Source: Candidatus Spongiisociaceae bacterium
Lineage (GTDB): Bacteria; Actinomycetota; Acidimicrobiia; Spongiisociales; Spongiisociaceae
Direction: 5' to 3'
Length of the DNA stretch: 64,000 bases
NCBI GenBank assembly: GCA_965262915.1
Contig: OZ253564.1
Location: 2,720,001 to 2,784,000, forward strand
In this document: positions 1-9,991 of the stretch, piece after piece
Numbering within the stretch: position 1 is the stretch's first letter
Layout of the letters: each line of letters opens with the position of its first letter
Made by a program: the position numbers and the translations under genes
The notes under the pieces: generated by a model
What the model was told of the DNA's origin: nothing
Database searches by the model: none
Seen by the model: the letters and a program-made list of their open reading frames with translations, nothing else

Positions 1-11
1 TTGGCGTCCTG

Positions 12-1118
12 ATGGTGCTGTCCGCATGCGGGTCCGACGAGACGACCAGCACGACGGCCGCAGCACCGGCAACCACCCAAGCACCCGCAACCACCCAAGC
101 ACCGGCAACCACCCAGACACCGGCAACCACGGAAGCGGCTACTACCACCCAACCAGAGGAACCCGAGGAACCGGTCACGGTGACGTTGTATGTCGGAGGT
201 GTTACGAGCAGTGCACCGCAAGATTACGCGGCCCAGGCACAAGGTTTCTTCGAGGAGCAGAACATCGACATCAAGGTGGTTGTTCTCGATGGAACGTCTC
301 AGGCGGTCTTGGCGGTGGCAGCCGATAGAAGTGGCTTCGCCTACACCCAGGGCAGCATTCTGGACGAGATGCTGATAGCTCACAATAACCCGGATGCGCC
401 TCCGCTCATTGCCATCTCGGCTGGCGCGATGCGCAATCCCGTGGCCCTCATGTTCCTGGAAGGAAAAGGGATAAGCACTCCGGCTGATCTTACCGGTAAA
501 ACGATCGCTGTCCCCCAGGGCAGCCTGTCAGCGCTGTATCTCGATGTGTTCCTGGAAACCCAAGGCATCTCGAAGAGCGATGTCACGATCCAGAATATCG
601 GTTTCGGTGCTCTGAACCCTGCGCTGCTCACGGGAAAGGTAGACGCGATCGTGGCTTTTGCCAGAGCGATCGCGAGCCTCTCGATCGTTGCTCCTGAGCA
701 AGGCGACAGCGTCGGGGCCTTCCTGTTTGCTGACTACGGCATCGCTTCACCGATGACCGGCGTTGTGATCCAGAAGCGCCTATTGGACGAGCATCCCGAC
801 GTGGCTAGGGCGATCGCCGAGGTCACCACTCGCTCACTACACTTCTGTGCCATCAATGCAGAGCAATGCGTAACTGACTTCGTCACGATCAACGACGGTC
901 GTGACTTTGACCAGACCTTGGCGGAATGGCGGGTGGCTCTGGAAGCTCAGTATGGGATCGATCCGGAGGAAGCCGCAAATATGGATCCCCTGGCAGTTGG
1001 GTGGTTCGACCCAGAGCTCATTGCCAGCACCCTCCCTGACCTTCGACTCCTGTTTGACATAGGCACGGACTTTGAACCGACGTCCCTGTATACGAACGAG
1101 TTCGTCCGGGCACCTTAA
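12..1118 (+). CDS. ABC transporter substrate-binding lipoprotein, NMT1/THI5 (SsuA/TauA-like); true start may lie at or before the window edge
   Basis: Lipobox LSACG, Thr/Ala/Pro linker, GFFEEQNIDI and PADLTGKTIAV motifs; followed by permease and ATPase. Confidence 0.88.
   Translation: MVLSACGSDETTSTTAAAPATTQAPATTQAPATTQTPATTEAATTTQPEEPEEPVTVTLYVGGVTSSAPQDYAAQAQGFFEEQNIDIKVVVLDGTSQAVLAVAADRSGFAYTQGSILDEMLIAHNNPDAPPLIAISAGAMRNPVALMFLEGKGISTPADLTGKTIAVPQGSLSALYLDVFLETQGISKSDVTIQNIGFGALNPALLTGKVDAIVAFARAIASLSIVAPEQGDSVGAFLFADYGIASPMTGVVIQKRLLDEHPDVARAIAEVTTRSLHFCAINAEQCVTDFVTINDGRDFDQTLAEWRVALEAQYGIDPEEAANMDPLAVGWFDPELIASTLPDLRLLFDIGTDFEPTSLYTNEFVRAP
69..137 (+). repeat. 18-bp tandem repeat x~4 encoding an ATTQAP linker
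   Basis: gcaaccacccaagcacc(c/g) units read directly. Confidence 0.8.
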
Positions 1119-1129
1119 GGAACGCTCAG

Positions 1130-1915
1130 TTGGCTCGGAGTAGCATGAACATCGGCCGCGGCCTGTCTTCGTTGACAGGCCGCGGCCTGTCCCTGTTGTC
1201 CTTCGTTGTCGGGCTGGTTCTCTGGGAGTGGCTAGTTGATGTCTTTGACATTCCGAGGTTCCTATTTCCACCACCAACAGACATATTCAAGGCATATTTC
1301 ACAGGTGATATCAGGTGGGTCGATCACACTCTTGTGACTCTCCGCGAGGCACTCACCGGATTCGTTATTGGTGTAGCGTTCGGGTTCATACTTGCAGTAG
1401 TGATTACTATTTCCGACTTACTGAGTCGAGTCATCATGCCCTATGTGATCGCACTCCAGGTGTTACCTAAGGTGGCGATCGCTCCAATTCTTTACGTCAT
1501 GCTTGGGTTCACCAATACCTCCCGAGTCATACTAATCGTGATTCTCACATTCTTTCCGATTGTCATCAATGTGAGTACGGGTTTGAGCTCTGTGGATAGA
1601 AATCTCATTTACCTTCTCAACTCGCTGGGTGCTCACAGCCTCACGGCGTTCTACAAAGTCAGGCTGCCCAACTCCCTACCGTATTTCTTCGATGGCTTGC
1701 GGATTGCGGTATCCGGTGCTCTGGTAGGCGCGATCGTTGCGGAGTTCGTAAGTTCAAGTGAAGGGCTCGGTTTTCTCATCCTGAACTCTCAGTTCACTTT
1801 CAACACTACTGCCGCCTTTGGAGCCTTCGTGATACTGACGGTTCTTGGCCTGGCCCTCTATGGAAGCGTAGTGTTTCTCGGGCGGCGGTTGATGCCGTGG
1901 TACGAACGCGTATGA
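1130..1915 (+). CDS. ABC transporter permease (SsuC/TauC-like)
   Basis: Multiple TM segments, PKVAIAP and VGAIVAEF..SSEGLG motifs. Confidence 0.9.
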   Translation: MARSSMNIGRGLSSLTGRGLSLLSFVVGLVLWEWLVDVFDIPRFLFPPPTDIFKAYFTGDIRWVDHTLVTLREALTGFVIGVAFGFILAVVITISDLLSRVIMPYVIALQVLPKVAIAPILYVMLGFTNTSRVILIVILTFFPIVINVSTGLSSVDRNLIYLLNSLGAHSLTAFYKVRLPNSLPYFFDGLRIAVSGALVGAIVAEFVSSSEGLGFLILNSQFTFNTTAAFGAFVILTVLGLALYGSVVFLGRRLMPWYERV

Positions 1916-2682
1916 GTCCGCCGAATGTCGTCACGATGGAGGGCGTTAACAAGCGCTATCCGACAGCCAAAGGCGACGATGTGGTTGCCGTGACAGATGT
2001 GTCGTTTGAGGTCCGTAGAAAGGAGACACTCGCCATCGTCGGACCAAGTGGCTGTGGTAAGAGTACCCTCCTCAGACTGATCGCCGGCGTAGACACTCCA
2101 AGCGACGGAAGGATCGAGCGCGAGCGGTCGGATGGCAGGTTTGTCGTCGGGTACGTCTTTCAGGAATCAAGTCTTATGCCTTGGAGAACGGTATACGACA
2201 ATATCAAGCTTCCGCTGGAAGTTGTTAAGGACGGGGGGTCTACTGACAACGTAGACAAGCTTATTACGATGATAGGAATGAAGGGCTTCGAGAATTCTTA
2301 CCCGATCGAGCTATCGGGTGGTATGCAGCGACGCGTCTCGCTCGCAAGAGCCTTTGTTCATGGGCCTTCGATCGTCTTGATGGACGAACCATTCACCGGT
2401 GTGGACGAACTGACCAAGGAAGCACTACAGCACGAGTTGGGTACGCTGATCAGAGATCTGGGCGCGACGACGATGCTCGTTACACACGATATCGAGGAAG
2501 CCGTGTTCCTTTCCCACCGGATCCTCATAATGTCACCAAGGCCCGGGACCATCGTAAGCGAGGTGCCGGTGAACTTGCCCCTTGTTAGGAATCCTGAAAT
2601 GAGGACCAGTATCGAGTTCTTCGATACTGCTCGGCAAGTACGAGAGAAGCTCCTTGAGATACATACTGCGAGGGTTGAGTAG
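1912..2682 (+). CDS. ABC transporter ATP-binding protein (NitT/TauB family)
   Basis: GPSGCGKS, LSGGMQRR, LMDEPF; ATGA overlap with the permease stop. Confidence 0.93.
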   Translation: MSPPNVVTMEGVNKRYPTAKGDDVVAVTDVSFEVRRKETLAIVGPSGCGKSTLLRLIAGVDTPSDGRIERERSDGRFVVGYVFQESSLMPWRTVYDNIKLPLEVVKDGGSTDNVDKLITMIGMKGFENSYPIELSGGMQRRVSLARAFVHGPSIVLMDEPFTGVDELTKEALQHELGTLIRDLGATTMLVTHDIEEAVFLSHRILIMSPRPGTIVSEVPVNLPLVRNPEMRTSIEFFDTARQVREKLLEIHTARVE

Positions 2683-2698
2683 ACGAACCGACCGTCTA

Positions 2699-3748
2699 TT
2701 AGGAGTCGGTTGCCCTGGTAACGAAGTGCGGCATCACCTGCTTCGCAAAAGGTATAATTACCTTTTCGTGCTCTACCTCGGACCGGGGAGCCGAGAAGCA
2801 CCTCAGCCAGATTTCATCGATTCCCATTGAGATGATCTCTCGTATCTTGTGGATACAGTCATCGGCGGTGCCAGCAACCGAGAACCGTTTGATCACCTCA
2901 TCCGTCAAGTACTTCCTATCTCTGTATGCTGCCTCTACGCCTTCACGACCTAACTGCCGACACCGCATGAGGAAACCGGGCAGACCTTCATCGAATCCGT
3001 GGAGGATCGTCGTATATGTGTCGGGAGAAGTGTTGACTAGCGCTTGGGTCACGAACGGCCGCACGTTCTCGACAGCTTGCTGGCCATCTTCGGAAATCGA
3101 GGTATACACCCAAGAAACCAGCCGGATATCGTCGAGGCACCTCGCGGACTTCTCGGCTCCATGCCGGACTCGTTCGATCGCAAACTCAAGCTGCTCCTTC
3201 GACACGTACGTAGCGATCACCGCGCCGTCGGCCAGCTCACCAGCGAGCTCAAGGTTCCTCGGACTGCGACTAGCGATCAGTATTGGGATGTCCGGCCTTA
3301 CATCAAGGTTCAATTGTGCGTCAGAGAGCTTGAAGAGGCTTCCGTCGAAATTGACCGTCTCTCCACTGAACAGCGAGCGGATCATGAGGACTGTCTCTCG
3401 CAATGCCTGGTTCACGCGCGTTCGTTCCAGGTGCATCTGCTGGAATCCTGATCCCCCGGCTCCAAGGGTCAGGAGGGTCCGTCCCCCGGACAACTCATCC
3501 AGGGTTGCGATCGCCACGGCAAGCATGGCGGGAATCCTGGTGTACGGGTCGGCGACGCAGGGCCCTATCTGGATTCGGCTCGTAGCGATGGCGTCGGCTG
3601 CGAGTGTTACGAATACATCTTTCTCGCCAGCGAACCTCTGATCGGCATGTACGAAGTATTCGAACCCAAGTTCCTCCGCCATCTTGGCGACCGATATGAT
3701 CTTCTCAAGGGGCTCTACTGGAGCCATCCCCACACCGAACGAGACCAC
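2699..3748 (-). CDS. LLM-class flavin/F420-dependent oxidoreductase (Mer-like)
   Basis: AEELGFE, ATLDELSGGR, LAGELADG motifs; GTG start with AGGAG RBS. Confidence 0.88.
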   Translation of the reverse strand: MVSFGVGMAPVEPLEKIISVAKMAEELGFEYFVHADQRFAGEKDVFVTLAADAIATSRIQIGPCVADPYTRIPAMLAVAIATLDELSGGRTLLTLGAGGSGFQQMHLERTRVNQALRETVLMIRSLFSGETVNFDGSLFKLSDAQLNLDVRPDIPILIASRSPRNLELAGELADGAVIATYVSKEQLEFAIERVRHGAEKSARCLDDIRLVSWVYTSISEDGQQAVENVRPFVTQALVNTSPDTYTTILHGFDEGLPGFLMRCRQLGREGVEAAYRDRKYLTDEVIKRFSVAGTADDCIHKIREIISMGIDEIWLRCFSAPRSEVEHEKVIIPFAKQVMPHFVTRATDS

Positions 3749-3758
3749 TAGGTGACTC

Positions 3759-5348
3759 CTATCCTTTTCCGGCAGTGAGCACCTTTCCGGGTCTGTTCCC
3801 GGTGTGTGTACCTTGCTCGACCACCACTTGGCCATTGACAATTACGTATGGGATCCCGGCGGGGAACTCCCGCGGATGTTCGAAGGTCGCCCTATCCGCC
3901 ACGCTGTCCGGATCGAAGATGGTCAGGTCCGCATACCAATCAGGCTGGATTTTCCCTCGTTGGTCGAGCCCGAACTGCTCAGAAGGTAAGGACGTCATCT
4001 TCTTCACAGCTTCTTCGATTCTTGTGAGCCTTCTATCCCGGACAAAGTCCCCTAGTACCTTTGGGAAGCATCCATAGTTTCGTGGATGAGGGTAGTAGTC
4101 CGCGGCTAGCTTGCCATGGGGAGCTACTGCTGAGCCGTCGCTCGCGACCATGACGTAGGAAGTTACGAATATTCTCTCGATGTCTGCCTTCTCAAGAGTG
4201 TGGAAGACCATGCTTACATGGCCACTTGATCTCTCCAGCAACTCAAGAGCAGTATCGAACTCGCAAGCCCCGTGTTGCCCAGCGATCTGTGTCAGGGTCT
4301 TCCCTTCCAGTGATGGATCAGGGCGGTACTCCGAGACGGTCATCCGGGATCCTCCGCCTCGCAGATGGAGAGATCTCGTGAATGAGGTTTCGATATTCGC
4401 CCGTTGTCTCGTATCGGTCGCCCTCTCTAGTAAGGCGTCGACTCCGCCTTCCTGAGACCACTGGGGGAACAGAAGAAGGAGTGTGCTGCTCGTCGCCTCG
4501 TACGGATACTGATCACACATCACATCGACACCCTGTTCTCTGGCAGCTTCAATTGCAGAGAGTGCCTTCTGGCTTTGCCCCCAAACGTCGGCTCCAAGTG
4601 CCTTCAGATGTGAGATCTGCACCGGGACCCCGGCGCCACGTCCGATGGCCAGAGCCTCTTCAATTGCGTCGAACCAGTCGCCGTTGTCGCCCTCGCTTCG
4701 AATATGGCTTGCGTAGAGACCACCGTATTCGTTCACGACCTTGGCAAGCTCAATCAGCTCCCTCTCACTCGCGTAGCCGCTCGGAACATATCTCAGGCCA
4801 GAGCACATCCCCCTTGCACCGCTTCGCATTGCCTCGTGGATATGGTCCTTCATGGCTTCAAGCTGCGAGGGCGACGGCACCTCGTTGCTGAACCCCATGA
4901 CTGCCATCCGGACCGTCCCTTGGGCTACCATCGGTACGACATTGATTGCTGGACCGGCAACTCGAACCCGCTCGAAGTACTGACCTACGGACTCCCAGTC
5001 AACCTCGAGCCCGAAACGTTCAACCCTCTCTACGATGTCCCGTAACGCCCCCCCGACCGCCGGTGCCAGTCCCATCCCGCAATTCGGGAAGACCTGAGTA
5101 GTTACACCTTGGCGTACCGCGCTTTCCGCCCTCGGATCGACCAGAATAGTGACATCCGAATGCGTGTGTACATCGATAAACCCGGGGGCGACTATGAGCC
5201 TGTTCGCGTCGATCGATGTGTGGCCATCATCGTCACCGAGCTTTCCCACCCGAACGATCTTCTCGCCGACGATACCAACATCGGCGGTGTAGAGCGGGTC
5301 CCCAGATCCGTCCGCTATCCGGCCACCGAGGATTACTAAGTCAAGCAC
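3759..5348 (-). CDS. N-acyl-D-amino-acid deacylase (D-aminoacylase family amidohydrolase)
   Basis: APGFIDVHTHSD, GVTT..PNCG, HIRSE, ISHLK, ASDG, HPRNYG. Confidence 0.92.
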   Translation of the reverse strand: MLDLVILGGRIADGSGDPLYTADVGIVGEKIVRVGKLGDDDGHTSIDANRLIVAPGFIDVHTHSDVTILVDPRAESAVRQGVTTQVFPNCGMGLAPAVGGALRDIVERVERFGLEVDWESVGQYFERVRVAGPAINVVPMVAQGTVRMAVMGFSNEVPSPSQLEAMKDHIHEAMRSGARGMCSGLRYVPSGYASERELIELAKVVNEYGGLYASHIRSEGDNGDWFDAIEEALAIGRGAGVPVQISHLKALGADVWGQSQKALSAIEAAREQGVDVMCDQYPYEATSSTLLLLFPQWSQEGGVDALLERATDTRQRANIETSFTRSLHLRGGGSRMTVSEYRPDPSLEGKTLTQIAGQHGACEFDTALELLERSSGHVSMVFHTLEKADIERIFVTSYVMVASDGSAVAPHGKLAADYYPHPRNYGCFPKVLGDFVRDRRLTRIEEAVKKMTSLPSEQFGLDQRGKIQPDWYADLTIFDPDSVADRATFEHPREFPAGIPYVIVNGQVVVEQGTHTGNRPGKVLTAGKG

Positions 5349-5362
5349 GTCACCCCCGACCC

Positions 5363-5821
5363 TCAGAGCGCGCTTATCGCGAGCTCTCCGAAGCCTTCTC
5401 TGCGCATCCGCGGAGCTTCGTGGGCCAGGGCATCCATCCCTTCAGTGATCCTGCCGACGATGTTGGTGGCCAGCGCTCCATTCATACCCCTGATCGCGCT
5501 GTCACGCTCGTATATGAACCCGATGACGAGAAACGTGCGATCATGTCGTGGCCACACTGGTTGTACGAAGATGGCTGGTTTATGGTAAACGAACAGGTCT
5601 CCCACGCACTGATAGATAGTCTGATTCTCTTCTGGCACTTGATCATGCCCGTCGAGCAAGGTATATACTTCCCTGCCATTCTCCATGCTGTGTATGGCCC
5701 GGTTCTTTATCGGGAGTATTGCTCTCAACCATTCACTTGTCTTGGGCGCACCGGCCTCGTCCAGTTCTGCAATAGCTACAGCCGAGCCCAGTGTTATTTG
5801 TACTCTTGCCATCCGACCCAA
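5363..5821 (-). CDS. DUF3830-like (cyclophilin-like fold) protein, copy 1
   Basis: AELDEAGAPKT..LP...HS..GREVY..ENQT...GD pattern shared with neighbours. Confidence 0.72.
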   Translation of the reverse strand: MGRMARVQITLGSAVAIAELDEAGAPKTSEWLRAILPIKNRAIHSMENGREVYTLLDGHDQVPEENQTIYQCVGDLFVYHKPAIFVQPVWPRHDRTFLVIGFIYERDSAIRGMNGALATNIVGRITEGMDALAHEAPRMRREGFGELAISAL

Positions 5822-5825
5822 CCCG

Positions 5826-6332
5826 TCATGCTTCGAATCTCTTGACGATTAGCCTTCCTAACCCGTTATGACGTATATCCTCACATCTATCAGTAAAGGT
5901 CACGGGAAGGTCAATAAAGCTCGCAAACAGTGTCGTCACTTGAAGCTCAGGATCCGCACTACGGGCTGGATCGTTCGCCGCCAAGCCACCCGCGGAAGGG
6001 TCACCGTAAAAGATAGCGAACTCCGAAAGCTCACGCTGAAACTCTGAACTGTAAGCAAGCTGCTTACCTCGAGACATCTGAGGAGACCGCCAAAAATAGA
6101 GTATGTCTCCCGGTGCAATTATCCCATGGTGTGGCGGTCCCTCGGGAGGTAGTCTCAGGATCTTGTCTCCCTCAAGGTGCAGCATGATCTCGCGGCTTGC
6201 CCAGTTCGCGTGGAGGGACATTCCCGTAACAGGGAGAATGTCCCATACGGCGTTGCACGTGTTCGGCACGACATCGTCGTGCATCTCCGCTATTGCGGTT
6301 GTCCCTGCCAGTTCGAAGAGCAGCCTTCTCAA
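5826..6332 (-). CDS. DUF3830-like protein, copy 2
   Basis: VPNTCNAVWDILP..HANWASREI..PGDILYF..EFAIFYG. Confidence 0.75.
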   Translation of the reverse strand: MRRLLFELAGTTAIAEMHDDVVPNTCNAVWDILPVTGMSLHANWASREIMLHLEGDKILRLPPEGPPHHGIIAPGDILYFWRSPQMSRGKQLAYSSEFQRELSEFAIFYGDPSAGGLAANDPARSADPELQVTTLFASFIDLPVTFTDRCEDIRHNGLGRLIVKRFEA

Positions 6333-6826
6333 CCTTCATCCACTCTCTCGATGACCAGTTCTCTTTGACCTTCGTATATCATCGCCTCGCAGGCCTTGCC
6401 AAGTTCCTCGAAACCCGAGGAGATCTCGGCGAAGAGATTCACAGCCTCAGGCCCCCGTGGACCCTGTGGCCTTGTGTCTCGTTCGTACACGATCCCTATT
6501 TCGGCAGACTCCAACCTGCCGTACGGTGCACCGCGGTAGTAGTTGGCCGGCCTGTAGTAGTAGAAAATATCACCGGGAACAGGGATGTAGGTGAGAACGT
6601 TCTCCGGCCGGAGAACAGGGTTGCTCTCTAGATGACAGCGGATTAGATGTCCCGACCAGATGTCGTGTGTCGCCTTGAGACGAAGTGGAAGCATGTTCCA
6701 CAGGGCCGAGCAGGTATCGGGACAATCGTCGTCCAAGAGATTAGCGATAGCGGTGGTGTCTGAACCCGGAAACGATATCCTGATCCGACGAGGCAAGAAC
6801 GAGGACCCAGACTGCTCGTCAGACAT
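6329..6826 (-). CDS. DUF3830-like protein, copy 3
   Basis: LLDDDCPDTCSALWNMLP..HDIWSG..PEN..PVPGDIFYY..EIGIVYER..NLFAEI. Confidence 0.78.
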   Translation of the reverse strand: MSDEQSGSSFLPRRIRISFPGSDTTAIANLLDDDCPDTCSALWNMLPLRLKATHDIWSGHLIRCHLESNPVLRPENVLTYIPVPGDIFYYYRPANYYRGAPYGRLESAEIGIVYERDTRPQGPRGPEAVNLFAEISSGFEELGKACEAMIYEGQRELVIERVDEG

Positions 6827-7417
6827 GCGAACGTGCTTCCCCCGACTGTGGAATCGCCAACTCGCTTCCTCCTGTGAGGGATCTGACGTGCTGACGATCG
6901 TATATCGCACTTGTATGCCCGTCAAGTAGCGGCTTTGGTGTTGATCACGTTCCTCTTGCTGATGAGACGCTCGCTACGCCGCAACAGACGACGAGCAGGG
7001 ATACGTACTGTATTGCTCCTGGTTCAGCCCCTGATGGTCGGGCGTGGGAGTCGCCGTAGCATCGACCGGTCTCCTAACTATCGGTGCGGTCGATCCGACG
7101 GGTCGAGCAATCACGGGTGGTTGGCCGGCTTTATGGCGGAGAGGGGGTTGGCAGCCCCCGAGGTTCCCAACAGGGCAGGCTCTCCACCGTGGTGGGGTCC
7201 ACTCCCCTGGTGGCCAGGCAGTCCCGCCCGGCCGGCTCGTTCCCGATCGGAGTCGGAGGCTACCGTCCGGTCCTCAGGAACGTGACATTCGCTCCCCGCA
7301 TGCCGGGCGTCTGGTCGGTGTCCAACAGGAATGCCGATGGACCCGGACCCGATCCCGTCGGCCGGCCGTTCATCCTCCGGCCGCAGGGTGCAGTTCCCAC
7401 CGGGAAGGAGCAGTCGA

Positions 7418-7882
7418 ATGAGCTACACCATGGATGATGTAGGCCGGTTCGCGGGCGCCGATCAGGGCCTGTCGGTGGTCTCGTTCGCCCGTCCCGACCA
7501 GTCTGTGCACTCCAGCCTGGTCAACGCCGGTGTGATCGACCATCCAATGACCGGCGAGTGGGTGGTGGCCCTGGTGGTGCCGGGCAACACGGTCAAGCTC
7601 CGCCACTGGCGCCACACCCCGAGGGCCACCATCGTCTTCCGGTCGGGATGGTTCTGGATAGGCATGGAAGGCAGCACCACCATCATCGGCCCGGACGACC
7701 TGTACGAGGGCTTCGACCCTTCAGCTGTTCCGCAGTTGCTTCGGGACGTGTTCACCGCCGCCGGCGGAACCCACGAGGACTGGGACCACTACGACCGAGC
7801 CATGGCGGCCGAGCGAAGCGCGGCGGTCTTTATCCACCCCACCCGCATCACCGGCGTCGGCCAACCCTTAGCCAGGACCTAA
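7418..7882 (+). CDS. PPOX-class (pyridoxamine 5'-phosphate oxidase-like) putative F420-dependent enzyme
   Basis: HSSLVNAG, VFTAAGGTHEDWDHYDRAM motifs; GGAAGGAG RBS. Confidence 0.82.
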   Translation: MSYTMDDVGRFAGADQGLSVVSFARPDQSVHSSLVNAGVIDHPMTGEWVVALVVPGNTVKLRHWRHTPRATIVFRSGWFWIGMEGSTTIIGPDDLYEGFDPSAVPQLLRDVFTAAGGTHEDWDHYDRAMAAERSAAVFIHPTRITGVGQPLART

Positions 7883-8128
7883 GGCCAGCGCTGAATTGTC
7901 GGGGCTGCCAGGCCAAACGGACAACCGAGGGCGGCGAGGTCGTCGGGATTACCAGTCACAATGTCCTCTCCCGGCCGGAATGCCAATAGGACCGGCCCTG
8001 TTGCCTGGTTACCGAGCCGCCGTTGGCCTCCCCAGGCTGCCGCGACATGTCGGAAAGGCCTCACCCTTCACCTGGATCAGGACAAGTAGCTATCGCTATC
8101 CTTTCGGATAGCCACGGGAAGGGAAAGC

Positions 8129-8329
8129 GTGGTGGTGGTCGAATGGGGAACCGTGATAGCAATACTGGTCCCGGTGGCTGGGCTGGTGGCCGGTGTGTTC
8201 CGGGTGCTCGATGGCAGGCTGACTCGGATCGACCGTCGGGCAGAGGGCCGGCATGAGGATCTGGTGAGGCTGATCCGTGGCTACCCCCCATCTGTTTCTG
8301 CTCATTCTGATCCGGAAATCGGTTCATAA
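8129..8329 (+). CDS. Small single-TM hypothetical protein
   Basis: Hydrophobic N-terminus followed by a short charged helix; no family recognised. Confidence 0.4.
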   Translation: MVVVEWGTVIAILVPVAGLVAGVFRVLDGRLTRIDRRAEGRHEDLVRLIRGYPPSVSAHSDPEIGS

Positions 8330-8592
8330 GTCCATCGGGGCGTTCCCCCGGCTTGCAGGGTCGAGAGTCAGAGTGCCCACCCTCGGCCACCTCGTGAACG
8401 GACGCCGGACAGGGAGGCGGCCACTCCGGCCAGCCAGGTTATCGAACCGCATATATCTGCCGGGAACGAGCGGCGATCCGGTGCCTGGCAACCGGCGTCC
8501 TTGGTCGGTCACGGTGAGCCATGCCCGCCCTGTCTCATTAACCTTGTGCTAGACGCTGCGCCAAATCCAGGGATGGGAAGGGAGGTGGTTGT

Positions 8593-8838
8593 ATGTCGAT
8601 ATGGGAGACCTGCGAAGCCGTAGAGCGGATTCCGGGCAAGGTCAGTGGAGCTTGGATCTTCCGCGGGACTCGCCTACCACTGTCACATCTATTCGAGAAT
8701 CTTGCATCGGGCGCGTCCGTCGAGGACTTCCTAGACTGGTTCGACGGTGCGGAGAAGGACGCTGTGTTGGCTGTCTTCGGTCACCTGGCTGAAGTTACGC
8801 TGGCAGAAGATAGGAGAGCGTGGCTCCAACGTCGGTGA
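8593..8838 (+). CDS. DUF433 antitoxin
   Basis: PGKVSGAWIFRGTRLP..LFENLASGASVEDFLDWF; GGAGG RBS. Confidence 0.88.
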   Translation: MSIWETCEAVERIPGKVSGAWIFRGTRLPLSHLFENLASGASVEDFLDWFDGAEKDAVLAVFGHLAEVTLAEDRRAWLQRR

Positions 8839-9150
8839 GAATCCTGTTCGACCACGGTACACCGCGACCACTACACCGGTTTCTCGTAGGGCACACGGTT
8901 GACAGTTGCCACGAGAAGGGGTGGGAGGAGCTGGCCAATAGAGCGCTGTTCGACGCCGCGGAGGGGGAAGGTTAACGACGTTCTGATTGCTGCCGATCAA
9001 GGGATCCGGTATCAGCAGAATCTCGCGGCGAGACGATTGGGCATCATCGTCATCAGGGCGGACTGGCGAGATGTACAAAGGAGAGCCGACACCATTATTC
9101 GGACTATCGACGAGATCATCCCCAGTCAGCTTGTGGAGGTGCTCGACTAG
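8835..9150 (+). pseudogene. DUF5615-type PIN toxin, frameshifted
   Basis: GTGA overlap; MRILFDHGTPRPL..GWEELAN..EG stops at TAA 8973-8975; the C-terminus DVLIAADQGIRYQQNL continues in another frame. Confidence 0.82.
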
Positions 9151-9174
9151 ATGTCGGGGACGGCGTATACGGCC

Positions 9175-9735
9175 TCAACCGCCGAAGACGGCGCTCACCG
9201 CACAGGAGAAGCCGGGTAAGACGTCCGCACCGTCGAGGAAGGCGTCCTCGCCGAGCGTCGATACAGCTAGATCGGGGCGGTACACGTGAACGGTGCGCGT
9301 ATCCGGATGCACTACCCAGACCAGACGTACACCGTGGCTCAGCCACATCCACGCCTTATCCCGGACCTCGCGCCGGCTGTCGCCAGGCGACACGACCTCC
9401 GCCACCAGGTCGGGGACCGTCTCCGAATACCCGGTCACCCGCATCCCCGGCGGTACCTTCTCCGCGGAGAAAAACGCAACATCGGGCTCCCGAACCGTAT
9501 CAGGATCACGTTCCAGCCAGACACCCGCGTCCGAGGCCGTCAAGCGTCCCAACCGCCGGGGTTTCACGAAGCCACCCAGCTCAAACCCCAGGTTCATCAC
9601 TATCTCGCCGTGCTCCTGTCCGGTCGGCATGGTCTCGTGCAGCACCCCCCGGATGAGTTCACCGCGCACACCCCGGCTGTAGAGTCGGAGCAACTCATCT
9701 GCGGTCAGCAGCTTGGTGTCGGTGGCCGTCGTCAT
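9175..9735 (-). CDS. Uma2 family endonuclease
   Basis: ELIRG, VREPDVAF, PDLVAEVVSPGD, VRLVWVVHP, LPGF. Confidence 0.92.
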   Translation of the reverse strand: MTTATDTKLLTADELLRLYSRGVRGELIRGVLHETMPTGQEHGEIVMNLGFELGGFVKPRRLGRLTASDAGVWLERDPDTVREPDVAFFSAEKVPPGMRVTGYSETVPDLVAEVVSPGDSRREVRDKAWMWLSHGVRLVWVVHPDTRTVHVYRPDLAVSTLGEDAFLDGADVLPGFSCAVSAVFGG

Positions 9736-9757
9736 TTCCGCTCGCTCTCTGGCCGCG

Positions 9758-9991
9758 TCATTGTAGACAATACGATAGTTTACGGAGACAACACCGTCGG
9801 GTTAACGCTTGCGCAGCCGGTTGCGGCACCGGCCGTGCCCGACCAGGAAGAAAGGCCACGCCGGCGAGCCAGGTGATGGAGTCCCAGGCCGGGAGGGGGT
9901 CGCCGTCGCGGACTGCTGCGATGAAGAACACCACGCCGGATACAGCGAACAGGGCCCAGCCGATCAGTTCGGACCGGCTGCCTGTCGTCAT
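9758..9991 (-). CDS. Small membrane protein (possibly degenerate at the 3' end)
   Basis: ATGA overlap with the upstream PLP enzyme; IGWALFAVSGVVFFIAAVRDGD hydrophobic segment. Confidence 0.45.
   Translation of the reverse strand: MTTGSRSELIGWALFAVSGVVFFIAAVRDGDPLPAWDSITWLAGVAFLPGRARPVPQPAAQALTRRCCLRKLSYCLQ

Noticed and set aside
1174-1191. Perfect 18-bp palindrome GACAGGCCGCGGCCTGTC
   Set aside because: Inside the permease CDS, part of a short GRGLS coding duplication; GC-rich, with no independent support.
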